A program made the position numbers and the translations under genes. Positions 1 to 11,365 of a stretch of DNA of 64,000 nucleotides are shown in pieces. Below the pieces are notes generated by a model. It was not told the origin of the DNA, did not search any database, and was given only the letters and a program-made list of their open reading frames with translations. The stretch comes from Protoeuglena noctilucae (Eukaryota): the NCBI GenBank assembly GCA_958009085.1, contig OY253690.1, positions 186,001-250,000 of the forward strand, read 5' to 3'. The stretch's first letter is position 1. Each line of letters opens with the position of its first letter.

Positions 1-3000
1 GAGTCCCCGCCCCGCATATCTACGCTGTCTCCGCCTGCTGTCGCTTTGGCGTCGTCGGATGACCCCACGACGACTGTGGGCGGCACGACATCCTGCGACC
101 AGGGGTGGCTCAGGCACTATGCGACAACGGCACCTTGCGTACACTCTCGCGACGCCAATTACGCCCGCGATGCATCGACCCACACACCGTTGCCAGCCAC
201 ACCCACGCCCAGTGCCCGTGGCAGTCACAACCTGTCGTTTCATGCACCACGCCCCAGTCACGGACGGTACAATCGCACCCTGCCGTTCCTGGCTTACACT
301 ACTACTCTATCTCGCCCCACGCCCGTCCTCACCACGCTCTCCACGCCCTCCGCCCCCAGCTGCGCCAGGACCTGCGCCTTGACAAAGTCTAGAATGGCCG
401 GGTCCAGCACCACAGCAGCGCCCGTGCAGCTGACGGCCGAGATGGTCACGCTGCGGCTCGCCACGTTGTGGTGCACCTGCGCCTCGCACGCGACCACGCA
501 GGCTCGGTCAAGTGCAGGGGATACATGCGCGCACTGAGCATCGGCAACAGCACCGGCACAGCAACAGCCGAGCGGCAACAGAGCTCACAACAGGCCGCGA
601 ACAGACGCAGGATACGTGCCTGGATGCTCACGCCGTTCGCCACCCCGGAACCCGCGCCAGGGGCCGCTACGCCTGCTACGGGGATGCCTGTCAATGGCAC
701 GCCCCCACCGCCGAGCGGCCGCCCCTCTGTGTCCCCGCCTTCCGCCTCCACGTGCTCCGTCGGGACGACCACGGCCCACGGGGAAGCGCTGAAGGTGCCG
801 GGGAACACCCCGGTCGCGTGGGCTTCCCTGGTGGCCGCGTCAGCCCACGCCAGCGCGTGCTCCAGCGTCGGGATGTCCAGCGTCTGCGGGTGATGGGTCA
901 GCAGCGGCTCGCATGATCGCCAACAGCGATGCATTATATAGTGGGGGACGACGTCAGCAGTGACGTCGGCAGGCCTCGGAATGGGCTGCCTGCTGCCGGA
1001 CCGCATGGCAGCAACGACCACCCTGCACGCAGTAAGCCACAGCACAACATGCCACGGCGCCCAGCTCACCTGCAGGAACCCTAACGACAGTTTCTGCGGC
1101 TTGGCCGGCGGTGGCCGTGCCGGCGCGGCAGGCGGGGCCTGCGCCGCTGCTGGCAAGGGCGGCTCGGCTGCCACCATGACCGCCGCCTGGACGGCTGTGG
1201 CGGGCTGCACTGCCGGCGATGCTTGTGCAGGCGCAGCGGACGTAGATGGCGCAGACGGCGCCGAAGCGATCACATGCGCGGGGGCTGCCGGGGCACTGGC
1301 CAGCGCAGCTGCTGGCTGCGACGCCGCTGCCTGTGGCATGGCTGCCGGCTGGGCTGGGGCTCCCGCAGATGCCAATCCCGGAGCCGCTGCCAGCGCGCCC
1401 TGCCCCTGCGTGGCTGTCGCAGCCTGGGCTGTGATCCCCGGCGGCAAGGGAGTCGTCTTTGCCGTCGGCGGTTGGGGTGCGACCGGGGCTGCAGGCGTTG
1501 GCGCCATAGACACCGGTGTGGCTCCGGTCAGTGCTGGGGGATGCGGGGGGTGCAGGAAGGCGGGGTTCACGGCCTGGTGCATGGGCATGGCCAGGAAGCG
1601 GGACGCGTGGAGGGCCGGCTGGGCCAGGAAGGGGCTGAGTGCTGCAGGGACGGCAGGGAGGGGTGCGAGTGAGTGGAGGCGGGACAGCCGCAGCAGGAGG
1701 CGCACGCGATGCATGTGATCCGACATAACGAGCGCCTCTTGCGCCGTGGGTGGTGGCCGTGAGCCTGGCAGCGTCTCACCCGGTGCCGCCATGGAGTGCG
1801 AGGCCATTGCCATGGGGAAGGGCATCATGGCCACACGGCCATCGGGCAACTGCACGGGGTGGTGGAAGACGCCCGGAGGAGGGGCCACGGACCGAGCCAC
1901 GCGCGTCTCGGCTGCGAGAAAGAAAGCCACAGGGGTCGCACGGCCGTCCTCAGGTGGCCGACAGCGCACCCACGTCGTGCCTCACAGGTTTATAGTCGAC
2001 TGACTCTGGCGCGCCGCGGTTGTCTCGCACGCAGTCATCTCCCCTGCTCACCTCGTGGCTTCTGCCCCGGCTTCTCGGGGCGCTTGGCCGCGAACTTGTA
2101 CACGCCTTTCTTCTGATCGTAGTTGTGCAGGATGAGCGCACGCAGCGTCTCGCTCACCCTGGGAGGGACAGAGGGGCATGGCAGCCGTCACACACGCATG
2201 CGCGCGATCACCCTCTATGCTGCCCCACCCAAACCATGCGCGACCTGTCGCGGCTGCCACCCTCACCACTGCCCCGGCCACTGCCGCCCAAAGTCATGCA
2301 GCAGCTGCTTGAGGTTCGGGCTCAGTCGGTACCCCGTGGTGCCACCCTTGCCCTGCGGAAAGAGCTTCTTCATCACACGCTCCCCGTTGTCGCCCACGCC
2401 GAAGTCAACAAGCTGGCGGATGTGGATGAGCTCTGCGGACCACAGCGCAGGAAGGGTGCAAATATGTCAAACCATCACAGCAAACCCGCTTTGACCCGGC
2501 CAGGAATCGTGCAAGCCCGCCCGCTGTCATAGCCATGGCCCAGCCATGCGTGCGCACGACGCTTCGCCACCCCAGTCCATGCGCCCCACCTGGCAGCCCG
2601 TATCGCATCAGCGTCTCGTCTGCGATGCCCTCAATGGTCTCCGCCAGCACCTCCCGTATGACCACGCTGCGTGGGTGCGTCAGGCGCAGACCGCGCCCTG
2701 CGACAGACACACGGCGAGGGGCTCACGGTCGGCAGTGACGAACCACCCGCGGCGCGACCCGCCTCAGCCAAAGCCCGCCCCTCACCCCGCAGCTTCCCCG
2801 GGAAGAGCTCCTTCTCAAACACCCCGTTGTGCTGCTGCCGGAGGCTCTTGGCCGTGAGCCCCGACTCGGCCAGCAGGATGGGGATGTTGAGGCGCGCGTA
2901 CCCCTGAGCCCGCTTCTCCCGCCGGAAGTCCGAGGACCCGGGGCCGCCAGACGCCGCGTCGTCCACCTGACCCTCCGCGTCGCGGTAGGGGAACGGCCGC

Positions 3001-5343
3001 AGCCCCGCGTCCGCCGGGCTGGCCTTGGAGGACTGCGTGGGTGGAGCAAGGCACGGCAGGTGCTGAGGCGACTTCAGACACGACGAACTCTGCCAAGCGT
3101 CGTGCTCCTCTGTGTCATCAACGATTGGCTACAGAGAGCAAACGAGACAGCATCATCAGTGTCCGTGACCAACTTGTCACCTGTCCTTCCCTCTCGCCGT
3201 CCTCCCCGTCCCCTTCCTCCCCCACCACCTCCTCCTCGCCCTCCTCTGTGTCACTACCTGACGGCCCCACTGCCCCGCCCCCATCGCCCGCACCGTCAGC
3301 CTCGCCCGCGCCCTTCTCACGTGCCGCCCCAGCCCCCGCGGCCCTGCCCACGGCTGCCGGGGATGCGGCCCCAGCTCCGCCCTCCGCAGCCACCACGGCG
3401 CCCCTCCCCGCGCTCGCAGCCCCAGCCGAGCCCACCGCGCCCTTGCCAGACGCTGCGCTTGCACCGGCCGTCGCCTGCTTGCTTGAGCCCTCGCCCGGCC
3501 CCCCCACTGAGCCCCGCAGCGCCGTCCCAGTCATCCCGGCGCCGTGCATTGTGCCCATTCCCATGCCTGGGAACCCCATCGCGCCCATCCCGCCCATAGC
3601 GCCGACGCCGTAAGCGGCCAAGGGCCCTCCCGGGCGGGCGGCACCCCCTATAACGCCAGCTGCACTCGCCGCCATCCACGGAAACATCCCGGGCATGCCA
3701 CCTGCCAGAGCCGCCGCGGGCATACCCCCGTAAGGGAAGACGGCCCCGGGCATCCAGGGCGCGCGCGCCATGTGGAGGCCCAGGGCTGGGTGGAAGGCGT
3801 GGGCGGGGTTGACGTGGGGTGGCACCGAAGCGCCAAAGGCCGCGTGGGCGGGCGGCAGGGCCACGGCAGGCGGGGGCAGAGGGACTGGCTCGGCGGGCGC
3901 ACTGGCGGGAGCGGCGGTTGTTGCGACTGCCGCTGCTTGCGCTGGCGTGGTCTGGGGCGCGGTCCCAGTGGGGCCCGCCACAGCAGTCGCAGAGAGGACG
4001 GGGACCGGAGCCCCCAGCGCACCCCCCGGCTCCTTCCCCCCCTGCGCTTGGCTGCGTTCAGCCCCTGCGCCATTTTCGCCTGCCTCCTGCGCAGGTGCTA
4101 CCGCGGACCCCGCCGTTCCGTCCACAGCCCCTCTGTCCCTTGCCTTCTCGTTGACCTCCCCCGGCCCTTCCCCACCCAGCCCCTCTGTTGCCCCTCCCGT
4201 GCCCGCCCTGGCGCCTGTCTCGAGAGCTCCAAGCTGCCCAGGTCCCCCCTTCGCAGCCCCAGCCCCTCCTTCGTCCATCCCCGCAGCGACAGACGGCCCC
4301 ACAGAAGCCGCACCGGTGCTCGCCAGACCAGGGCCAGTGCCAGCCACGGGGTTGCCGTCGGCAGGCACGCCACGAGCGTCTACCACCGCAAAGGACGGTG
4401 GCGGCTCAGTTTCGCCTTCCGCGACCGCAGCTCCACCCTCTTCCTTTCCAGGTGAGGGCGATGCACCTGGCATCACGGGGTACAGCGCCACGTCGCCACT
4501 GGGCAGCGGCACGGCCACCAGCGTCGCTCCCGGGGGCAAAGCCGCCAGTGCCTGCGGAGAGGAGCGCTGGGATACGCCTGGTGAGAGCGGCGTAGAACGA
4601 GATGCACAAGGCCAACAGGCGCGTCGGCAACGCGAGAGCGCTGGCTGGACGCAAGACCGTCCCAGGCACCTCTGCGACGCGTTTCTGGACGTCTACGTCG
4701 TTGTTCGACGCCCCGGAGGTGACGCCGCCTCCCTCCCCGGCCGCCGAGGCCCCGGGCAGCGTCGGGGGGCCCGGCAGGGGCAGCACCTGGGTCCCCTCGC
4801 CGCTCTGGAGGACGAGCTGGTGACCGGACTCGGTCTCGACCAGTTGGCCCTGCGCGAGGCTCATAGACGGGATCGGGTGACGCGCCGCAGGGGCGAATGC
4901 CGTGCGGATGCTGCGTGGCGGCCCATGCATAGCCAGCGCACCTGCGGCACGACGAATTCCTGGGTGGACCCGTCGCTCCCTACAATCTGCAGGACCTGGC
5001 CCGATACAAGCAGCCCGCTGGGATGCGCGGGGACGTCGCTGCTCGATGGCGCGGGCGGAGAGGCGCCCGCTGGACCGTTGAGGGCCCCCGCAACGTTGGC
5101 AGAGCCGGCTGGCGTCACTTGCCGGGCGCGCTTGGTCGGGGGGCCATCCGAAGACCCGAAATGACCGTCCGCATCCTTCGTGTGCTTCCCGTGCCGGTCC
5201 CCCGGGCCGCTCGCGCCACTGTGTGCTGTCCCCTCAGCAGCAAGCAAAAATTCGTCCGATGCACCGCCCGCCTGCGTCTCGGGCGGTGTCGCATGGTTAA
5301 AACCACCATCCGCGACAGTGTTGAGCTGCGCCTCCTCCGCCAT
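1..5343 (-). CDS. Large multi-exon Ala/Gly/Pro-rich protein of unknown function (may be two genes; probably continues past the left edge)
   Basis: ATG at 5343 (MAEEAQLNTV...). Long minus-strand ORF blocks 3118-4539 and 446-1969 plus short exons at 2050-2970 are bounded by GT-AG-like sites. No family recognised. Confidence 0.5.
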
Positions 5344-6036
5344 CGCCGATCGCGTCGCGTGCCCGTGGGTCCTGCGTGGCGTAAAGCATTTGTTGGTCCT
5401 GAGCGAAAGAGGCGCAGCCGGGACATGCACGCAGCACATGAAGAAACCAATGACGCCGAGAGAGCGATTCGCGCCGGCCTCCGGGTCCTCGGCGCGGCAG
5501 CACGAGGCGGCGCAGCAGCGCTGGGCCCGAACGTGCACCTGCCCTTCGTTCCGCGTGTGCTGGACTTGCCCCTGCTCCTCGTGCCGACACCCATTTCGTA
5601 GCTTTGCAGAAAAGTGGAGCACTCCCGAGCAGAGCCCCGCGAGGCCGGCGTGCCGGCGCTCAAGCCTCTCGTCGCGACGGGGCGACGGTGCGAGCGCACA
5701 GCATGCCGGCACGTTTATCTTGTAATGTTCCGCATATTCTCCAGCCCAGGAGGCCCGTCAATGACGCGACTCGCGGAAAATCGTGCCCGAGTGTTGTCAG
5801 ACTGTTCATTCGCGTTACGCGGAGCAGATACTGGGCTGCCGCGCTCCCAGGGTCTTAGATCGCTCACAGGCAGAACGTACATTGCGATACCGGGGCGCAA
5901 GGTAGCTTCATTCCGAGGCATCTGCCCCTTGATCCCGACGCCCCATCGCTGCGTCCTGCCCACCTGGCGCGACTTTGCGAGCTTCTGCAGCAACAATCCG
6001 CCTGTCTTAGGAGACTGCAGTAGCTAGACTGCCGCG

Positions 6037-7978
6037 ATGGGGTCCTTAACGGCCCCGTCTCTTCCTTCTTCTCGTCCCCTCGCGAGCCCGTACAAATGCC
6101 TCATGAGGCGGGGCCCGGGTCCCGCGACGTGCGCTGGGCGGGGCCTGCGTTATGCTCTGCGTCCGGTGGAGCTGGGTATCGGGCGTGGGCCATGCAGGAC
6201 GACGCGGACGGCGCTGCTGGTCCAGGCCTTGCATGAACGTGCGCAGGTACAGGAGCAGGGCGGCGCGCAGGTCCTGGTGGCGATTGGGGCGATCAAGAAG
6301 GGCGAGAAGATCCTGTCAGTGCCCAAGTCCGAGTGGATTGACGGCGGCCCCGGCCCCGACCTGAAACAATTTGCGGACGCCGAGCCTTGGCTTCGCCTGT
6401 GCCTGCGCCTCATGGACCTTCGTCATCGCAAAGCAAATGCGTACGTCTCGTCGCTTCCATCGGACCCCGACTGCCCCGTGTGGTAAGGCTGCCCATCCTA
6501 TCCGCGCAGTGCGAAGCAGCGGTGTGCACGACGCCTGCTGACACACGAGCTGGTTGTCCTCTGCTGCGCTGCAGCTGGTCGGAGGAGGAGCTCGCGATGC
6601 TGCAGGGCACACAGCTCCTGGCCAGCGTGGCGGGGTATAAGCAGTTTGCAGAGCAGGAGTGGGAGCGGATTGCCCCGGCTCTCCCCCAGTCACCAGCCTA
6701 CACATGGGAGGCATTCCTCTGGGCCTTTGGCACCGTCCGCGGCCGTGCCCACGCGCCACTGGAGGTGCGCGCGGAGAGCGCACGATGCAGCCTGCTCTGC
6801 TGCTATGCGCTGTTGGTGGTGGGGTGGTGGGGGCCTGGGGGGAGTCGCCCCCGCTTACCACACGCGCAGGGCGGCAAGATCGCGTTGGTGCCGACCGCGG
6901 ACCTGCTGGTGCATGCCCGGGATGGGAACTGCAAGTGGGAGGTCCGGGGCGGTGGGGGCGGCCTGTTCGGGGTTGGTGACGAGGCGCTGGTGGTGACGAG
7001 CACGCGAGACGTCCAGGAGGGCGAGCTCCTGACGATGGACTATGGCCCCGGGCAGACGGACTCCAAGGTTGCGCTGGACTACGGGGTGGTGGACGCGGAG
7101 GACCGCAGGCCTGGGTTCGCGCTCACGCTCGAGCTGCCAGATGGGAGCGATTACTTTGACGACAAGGTCGATATCCTTGAGATCAACGGCCTCGGCCAGC
7201 AGGCCACGTTCGCCCTCAGGCGAGAGCAGGGAGGGGCTCGCTTGGCGACCTCTGCGCCGCGTGGCGCGTGGGGCTGCAGCCGTCGACGTGACGTGATCTC
7301 GTCATTGTCTGCATTCCTCTCGCAGGGACAAGGACGCCCCTCCGGCCGAGATGCTCGCGTTCCTGCGCCTGCTGAACCTCCGCGGCGCCGATGCCTTCCT
7401 TTTGGAGGCCCTCTTCCGCAACGCCGTGTGGAAGGAGCACCTGGTGCTGCCCGTGAGCGAGGAGAACGAGGCCATGGTGTGCGAGTCCATGCTCGCGGGG
7501 TGTCGCGAGGCCGTCGAGGCGTTTGGGGGGTCCATGGAGGAGGACAGGAGGGCCTTCAGGGATGCCCGGGGCGGGTCCAGGTAAAGCTTGTCGTTCTCGG
7601 GTGTTTGATTACGGGATGCATTCCGTTAATGGGCCAGGAAGTGAGGGGCTGTTGGCACCTGCAAGGCAGCGCTCGCTGATACCCATCGCAGGGAGCAGGT
7701 GGCGCTGGCGGTGCGCCTGGGGGAGCGGGAGGTCCTCGAGTGGGTGGCGACGTGGTTCGAGTCACGCAAGGGGCAGCTGAAGGACCTCGCCTACTACCAG
7801 GTGAGGTTCACCTCGTGACATGGATGGCGCCTGGCCCGGGGGGGTGAAGGAGTAGGAGAGGGTAGGGTGGAGATGTTTATGGACTGGTGATCTGCCGCAA
7901 CCTCTGCAGGAGAGGAGACTCAAGAGCCTGGGCCTCCTGGATGACCAGGGCAAGAGCACGTATGACTGGCTGGAGTGA
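6037..7978 (+). CDS. RBCMT: Rubisco LSMT-family SET-domain lysine methyltransferase
   Basis: Spliced exons give IKKGEKILSVP, WSEEELAMLQGTQLL, FLWAFGTVRGRAH, ALVPTADLLVH, MDYG...ALDYG, YFDDKVDILEINGL and YYQERRLKSLGL, matching the LSMT SET and substrate-binding domains. The Ser/Arg-rich N-terminus resembles a transit peptide. Confidence 0.85.
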
Positions 7979-8254
7979 AAGCAGAGGGCTGGGGGATAGA
8001 TTCTCAGTTGAACGCGAGCGATGCGAACTACGTGAGGACTACAGGTTGCTTTTGCCACCTCGTCGCGGGCTAGGTAGCTGGAAAGCTGGCTGGCAGCGAT
8101 GCGCCAGGAAATCCTGACATAAAGCCTTGAAGGGAGGGCCTGCCGCCCTCCTGTGGCGCCCGTCGCCACACGCGCGTAACTGAATCCCCCTCGCCGCTGA
8201 CTTGGCGTGTGCCAGGCCGTGGAGACCCCACAGGTCGGGTGGAGCTCGTTAGGA

Positions 8255-9754
8255 ATGGCAGGGAGGGCGTCTGAGTACGACATCATTCTCCCTCGGCGAT
8301 TGGAGACCCAGGTAAACGGCGAGCGCCTCTCACAGGCGGTGTCCGAGCCCGCTGTTCGCTGCGTGCTGGCACCTGGAACACGGAGCCTTGGCCGCCGCAG
8401 GTGTCCGTCACGAGGGGTAATCCGCCGCTGAAACGAGCGCTGCACCTTTTCACGGAGCTGGCGGCCGCGCTTCGGGGAAAGGACGAGGCTACGACGCTCG
8501 AGAAGGCCAACGCTACGTTAGCGCACTTGGCGTCCCTGGGTGAGCGCCGCCGCGCCGCTGCGCCGGCCCGTCCACGCCTGGCGGGTAGCGATGAGTGACG
8601 ATCTTGCCTCCGGCATGTGCCAACAGAGCTGGGATACCAGAGGAACTTCGCGGCGATCGAGAGGGAGAAGCGCGAGCAGGGGTACTACCAGGCGCGCAAG
8701 GTGGAGGTGGAGCGGCAGATGGAGGAGGTTAAGGAGGTCATTGAGCGGCGGAAGCAGGAGCTGGTGGTGGCCCGGACCCGGAGGAAGCAGCTGGAAGAGG
8801 TGAGGCGGGGGCGGCCGGTATTGATTTCAGGGTTCCACGGCGCACGTTCCGCGCGCATGATTGGTTCCTGCAGACTTGTCTTTGATTATCTTGAACGAAA
8901 TATGGCAATAGAGGGCGGCAGGATTGCTTAGAACTCGACTTGGCGTGGTGACCTCGCCCGCAGTACGAGGTGGCCCGCAAGGAGCTGATGGCCATGCCGA
9001 GCCGGGCGGAGACCCAGTCTAAGATCGACGCCGTGCGCAAGAAGATCGAGTCGTTGCAGACCGAGGCATGCGCGGTGGAGGTGGCCATGGAGCTGCGGCG
9101 GGCGCAGACCACCCTGCTGTTCAGCGTCCTGAGGGACCTGCAGCAGAGCATCCAGGTGGGCTGCGGCTGTGGCCGTGCATCGCCAGGTGTGGGTTCGCGT
9201 CGAGGCTCTCGCAGAGTGCTTCGCGGCTTAGCCGGCACGGCAGGCCTTGGCTCGGGGTTAGGTTAGTGGGTTGCCCGCACCGCCTTTTTCAGGAGGAGAA
9301 TCTGGCAGCGACGTTGTCAGAGGAGGACCTGACGCGGCTGCTGGCCAACGGGATCGCGGGGGGGCGGGCGTCGGCGGAGGAGGGCGGCGACGAGGGCGAG
9401 GGAGCGGAGGGGGAGCAGGAGGAAGCGGAGGGGGCAGAGGTGGCTGAGGGGCGGGGCAGAGAGGGCGGAGGGGGAGATGAAGAGCCAAGGGGAGGGACAG
9501 CGGCAAAGCCAGGTGACAGGGAGGGCAGCGAGCGAATCGTCTTTCATCAAGGCGCTGCGACGTCGCACGGTGGCAAGCTGCATACGATGTTCCGGTCCCC
9601 CTTTCAGGCGGAGGCGGCGGGAGGTGGCGGGAGAGAGGGTTCGGAGCGGCAAGAGAAGCGGGCAAGGGCATCGTCAGGGCCTGGGGGCGGCGCCGGGGCG
9701 GAGAGCGACGCGGAGGGGGCACCGTCGTCCAAGCGGCCACGGACGCAAGAGTGA
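8255..9754 (+). CDS. THOC7: THO complex subunit 7 (THOC7/Mft1 family)
   Basis: Exons with GT-AG introns: DIILPRRLETQ, GNPPLKRAL, coiled coil ARTRRKQLEEYE, MPSRAETQ and MELRRAQTTLLFSVLRDLQ, followed by an acidic tail with NLS-like KRPR. Confidence 0.8.
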
Positions 9755-9872
9755 CATGAGGAAAGCGCAGCAGGCACATCAGCGTGCGGCGTTGACTGTA
9801 GACCCGCAGCTGCCCTCTCGCAGGACGCTAGTACTACTGTAAGGCACCCGGCTGTTCTAGGTCCCGAGCCGG

Positions 9873-10979
9873 TTATCCGTCGGCGCCCATTTCGAAGATG
9901 TCGTTGTCGGACATACGGGAGGCCAGACCGTCCCGGACGAGCTGCTCGGCGTCCTCCTTGGGAATCCAATGCACGATGTTGGGCTGCGGCGCCAGGGGGG
10001 GTGCCGCGTTGCCTGGGGCGGAGGCCCACGGCACGTTGCACATGGCATGAATGCGAAGCCTTTGGGCGACCCACCATGAGGAACACGTCGCCGTGGCCCG
10101 TCGTGATGTACGCGCCCGTGCCGTTCCGGACGATCACGGAGACCATGCTGCACACAGGGGAAACACGCTGCAACCTTCACTCGCCAGCTCTCCCCGTGCT
10201 AGGTGCGACGCGTGTCTGGCCGCCCTCGCCTGGAAATCCCGGCCGTCGGCGGCTCCACGTCCGTCGTCAGATCGAGTCCCACGGCCTTGTTGCACGCAAC
10301 CAGGCACTTGTCGTAGTTGCGGAAGTACTGCACCTCCGAGGCACTCAGGTTCTCCGCCACGTCCTCCGGGAGCTGCCTGCCGCGCGTCCAGCGTATCTGA
10401 GAGGGAGAGGCGAGTGGCACGATGTCCCGTAACTTGACCTCTTTCGCTATGTCGCGCCCGCGCCCATCGCGCGCGGCGCGGCACCTGCTGCAGCAAGTCG
10501 GTGCGCTCCTTGAGGTACAAAAGGAGCAAGCGCTTGTTCCTCGCGATGGCCTCGTCGTGGACAATAATGGCACAAAGCTGTTCGGCGAACTGCGCAGTGG
10601 ACAAAGGACAGGAGCGGGCTCAGGATTTCTAGCGGGTGCAGCGCGTTGCCCCTCCACCTTTGCGCAAGTCCGCACCCGGTTCAAATTCCCCTCGTCGCCT
10701 GGCTGCCCCGTGGCCTCCGCAGTTTTTTCATAGAGGAACTGTATCACCTCCCAATGAGAGTGGATCTGCCGGTCGCGGAGCGAGGGCTCCAGGGTGGCGC
10801 ACGCAAAACTCAGGTGCTGCGCTTCTCCGGCTCAGCGCGGCCGGACGGGCACGGCGCACCTGCAACAAGACCTCCTTGATGGCCGTGTCGTTATGCCGGG
10901 GGAGGTGCCCGGGCTCGCAGTACGCCACCTCCTTGAGCAGCTCTAAGGCCGTCCGCCCAAAAGCGCCTTGGCCGGCCAT
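9873..10979 (-). CDS. GINS1: DNA replication GINS complex subunit PSF1
   Basis: FGRTALELLKE, HDEAIARNKRLLLLYLKER, IRW, ENLSASEVQYFRNY, GLDLTTDVEPP and DAEQLVRDG are Psf1 hallmarks. Stop TAA at 9873-9875. Confidence 0.9.
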
Positions 10980-11365
10980 CGCCGCCGCCGCGCCCTGCCC
11001 TCCCACCGATGCGACCGCCACCCCCTCGCTATGCACAGCCCGCCCGTTATGCACTGCCCGCCCAGCACACCAGCTCGTTGCGCTTTCCACACCCTAACCA
11101 CACCCTTCAACAGCGCTCGGGGAGGCAGCTGCCCAAAGCTGTCCAAACTATCATCTAGGCGGGAACCGAGGGTCAGGAGGCATGAATCGCCCCGCTCCTA
11201 CATTCTGGCAACGGATGCACCCCAAAGCCGCCTTTTTCTGGAAGCACCAGACATGCATCGTACGAAACGTGTCCGTCAAAACAGCTCGAATGCTGGGCGG
11301 CACCCGCATCTGCAACAGATGGCGGCTCCGCATGAGTGAGAGGACAGGGCAGAGCGCCTCGGGGG

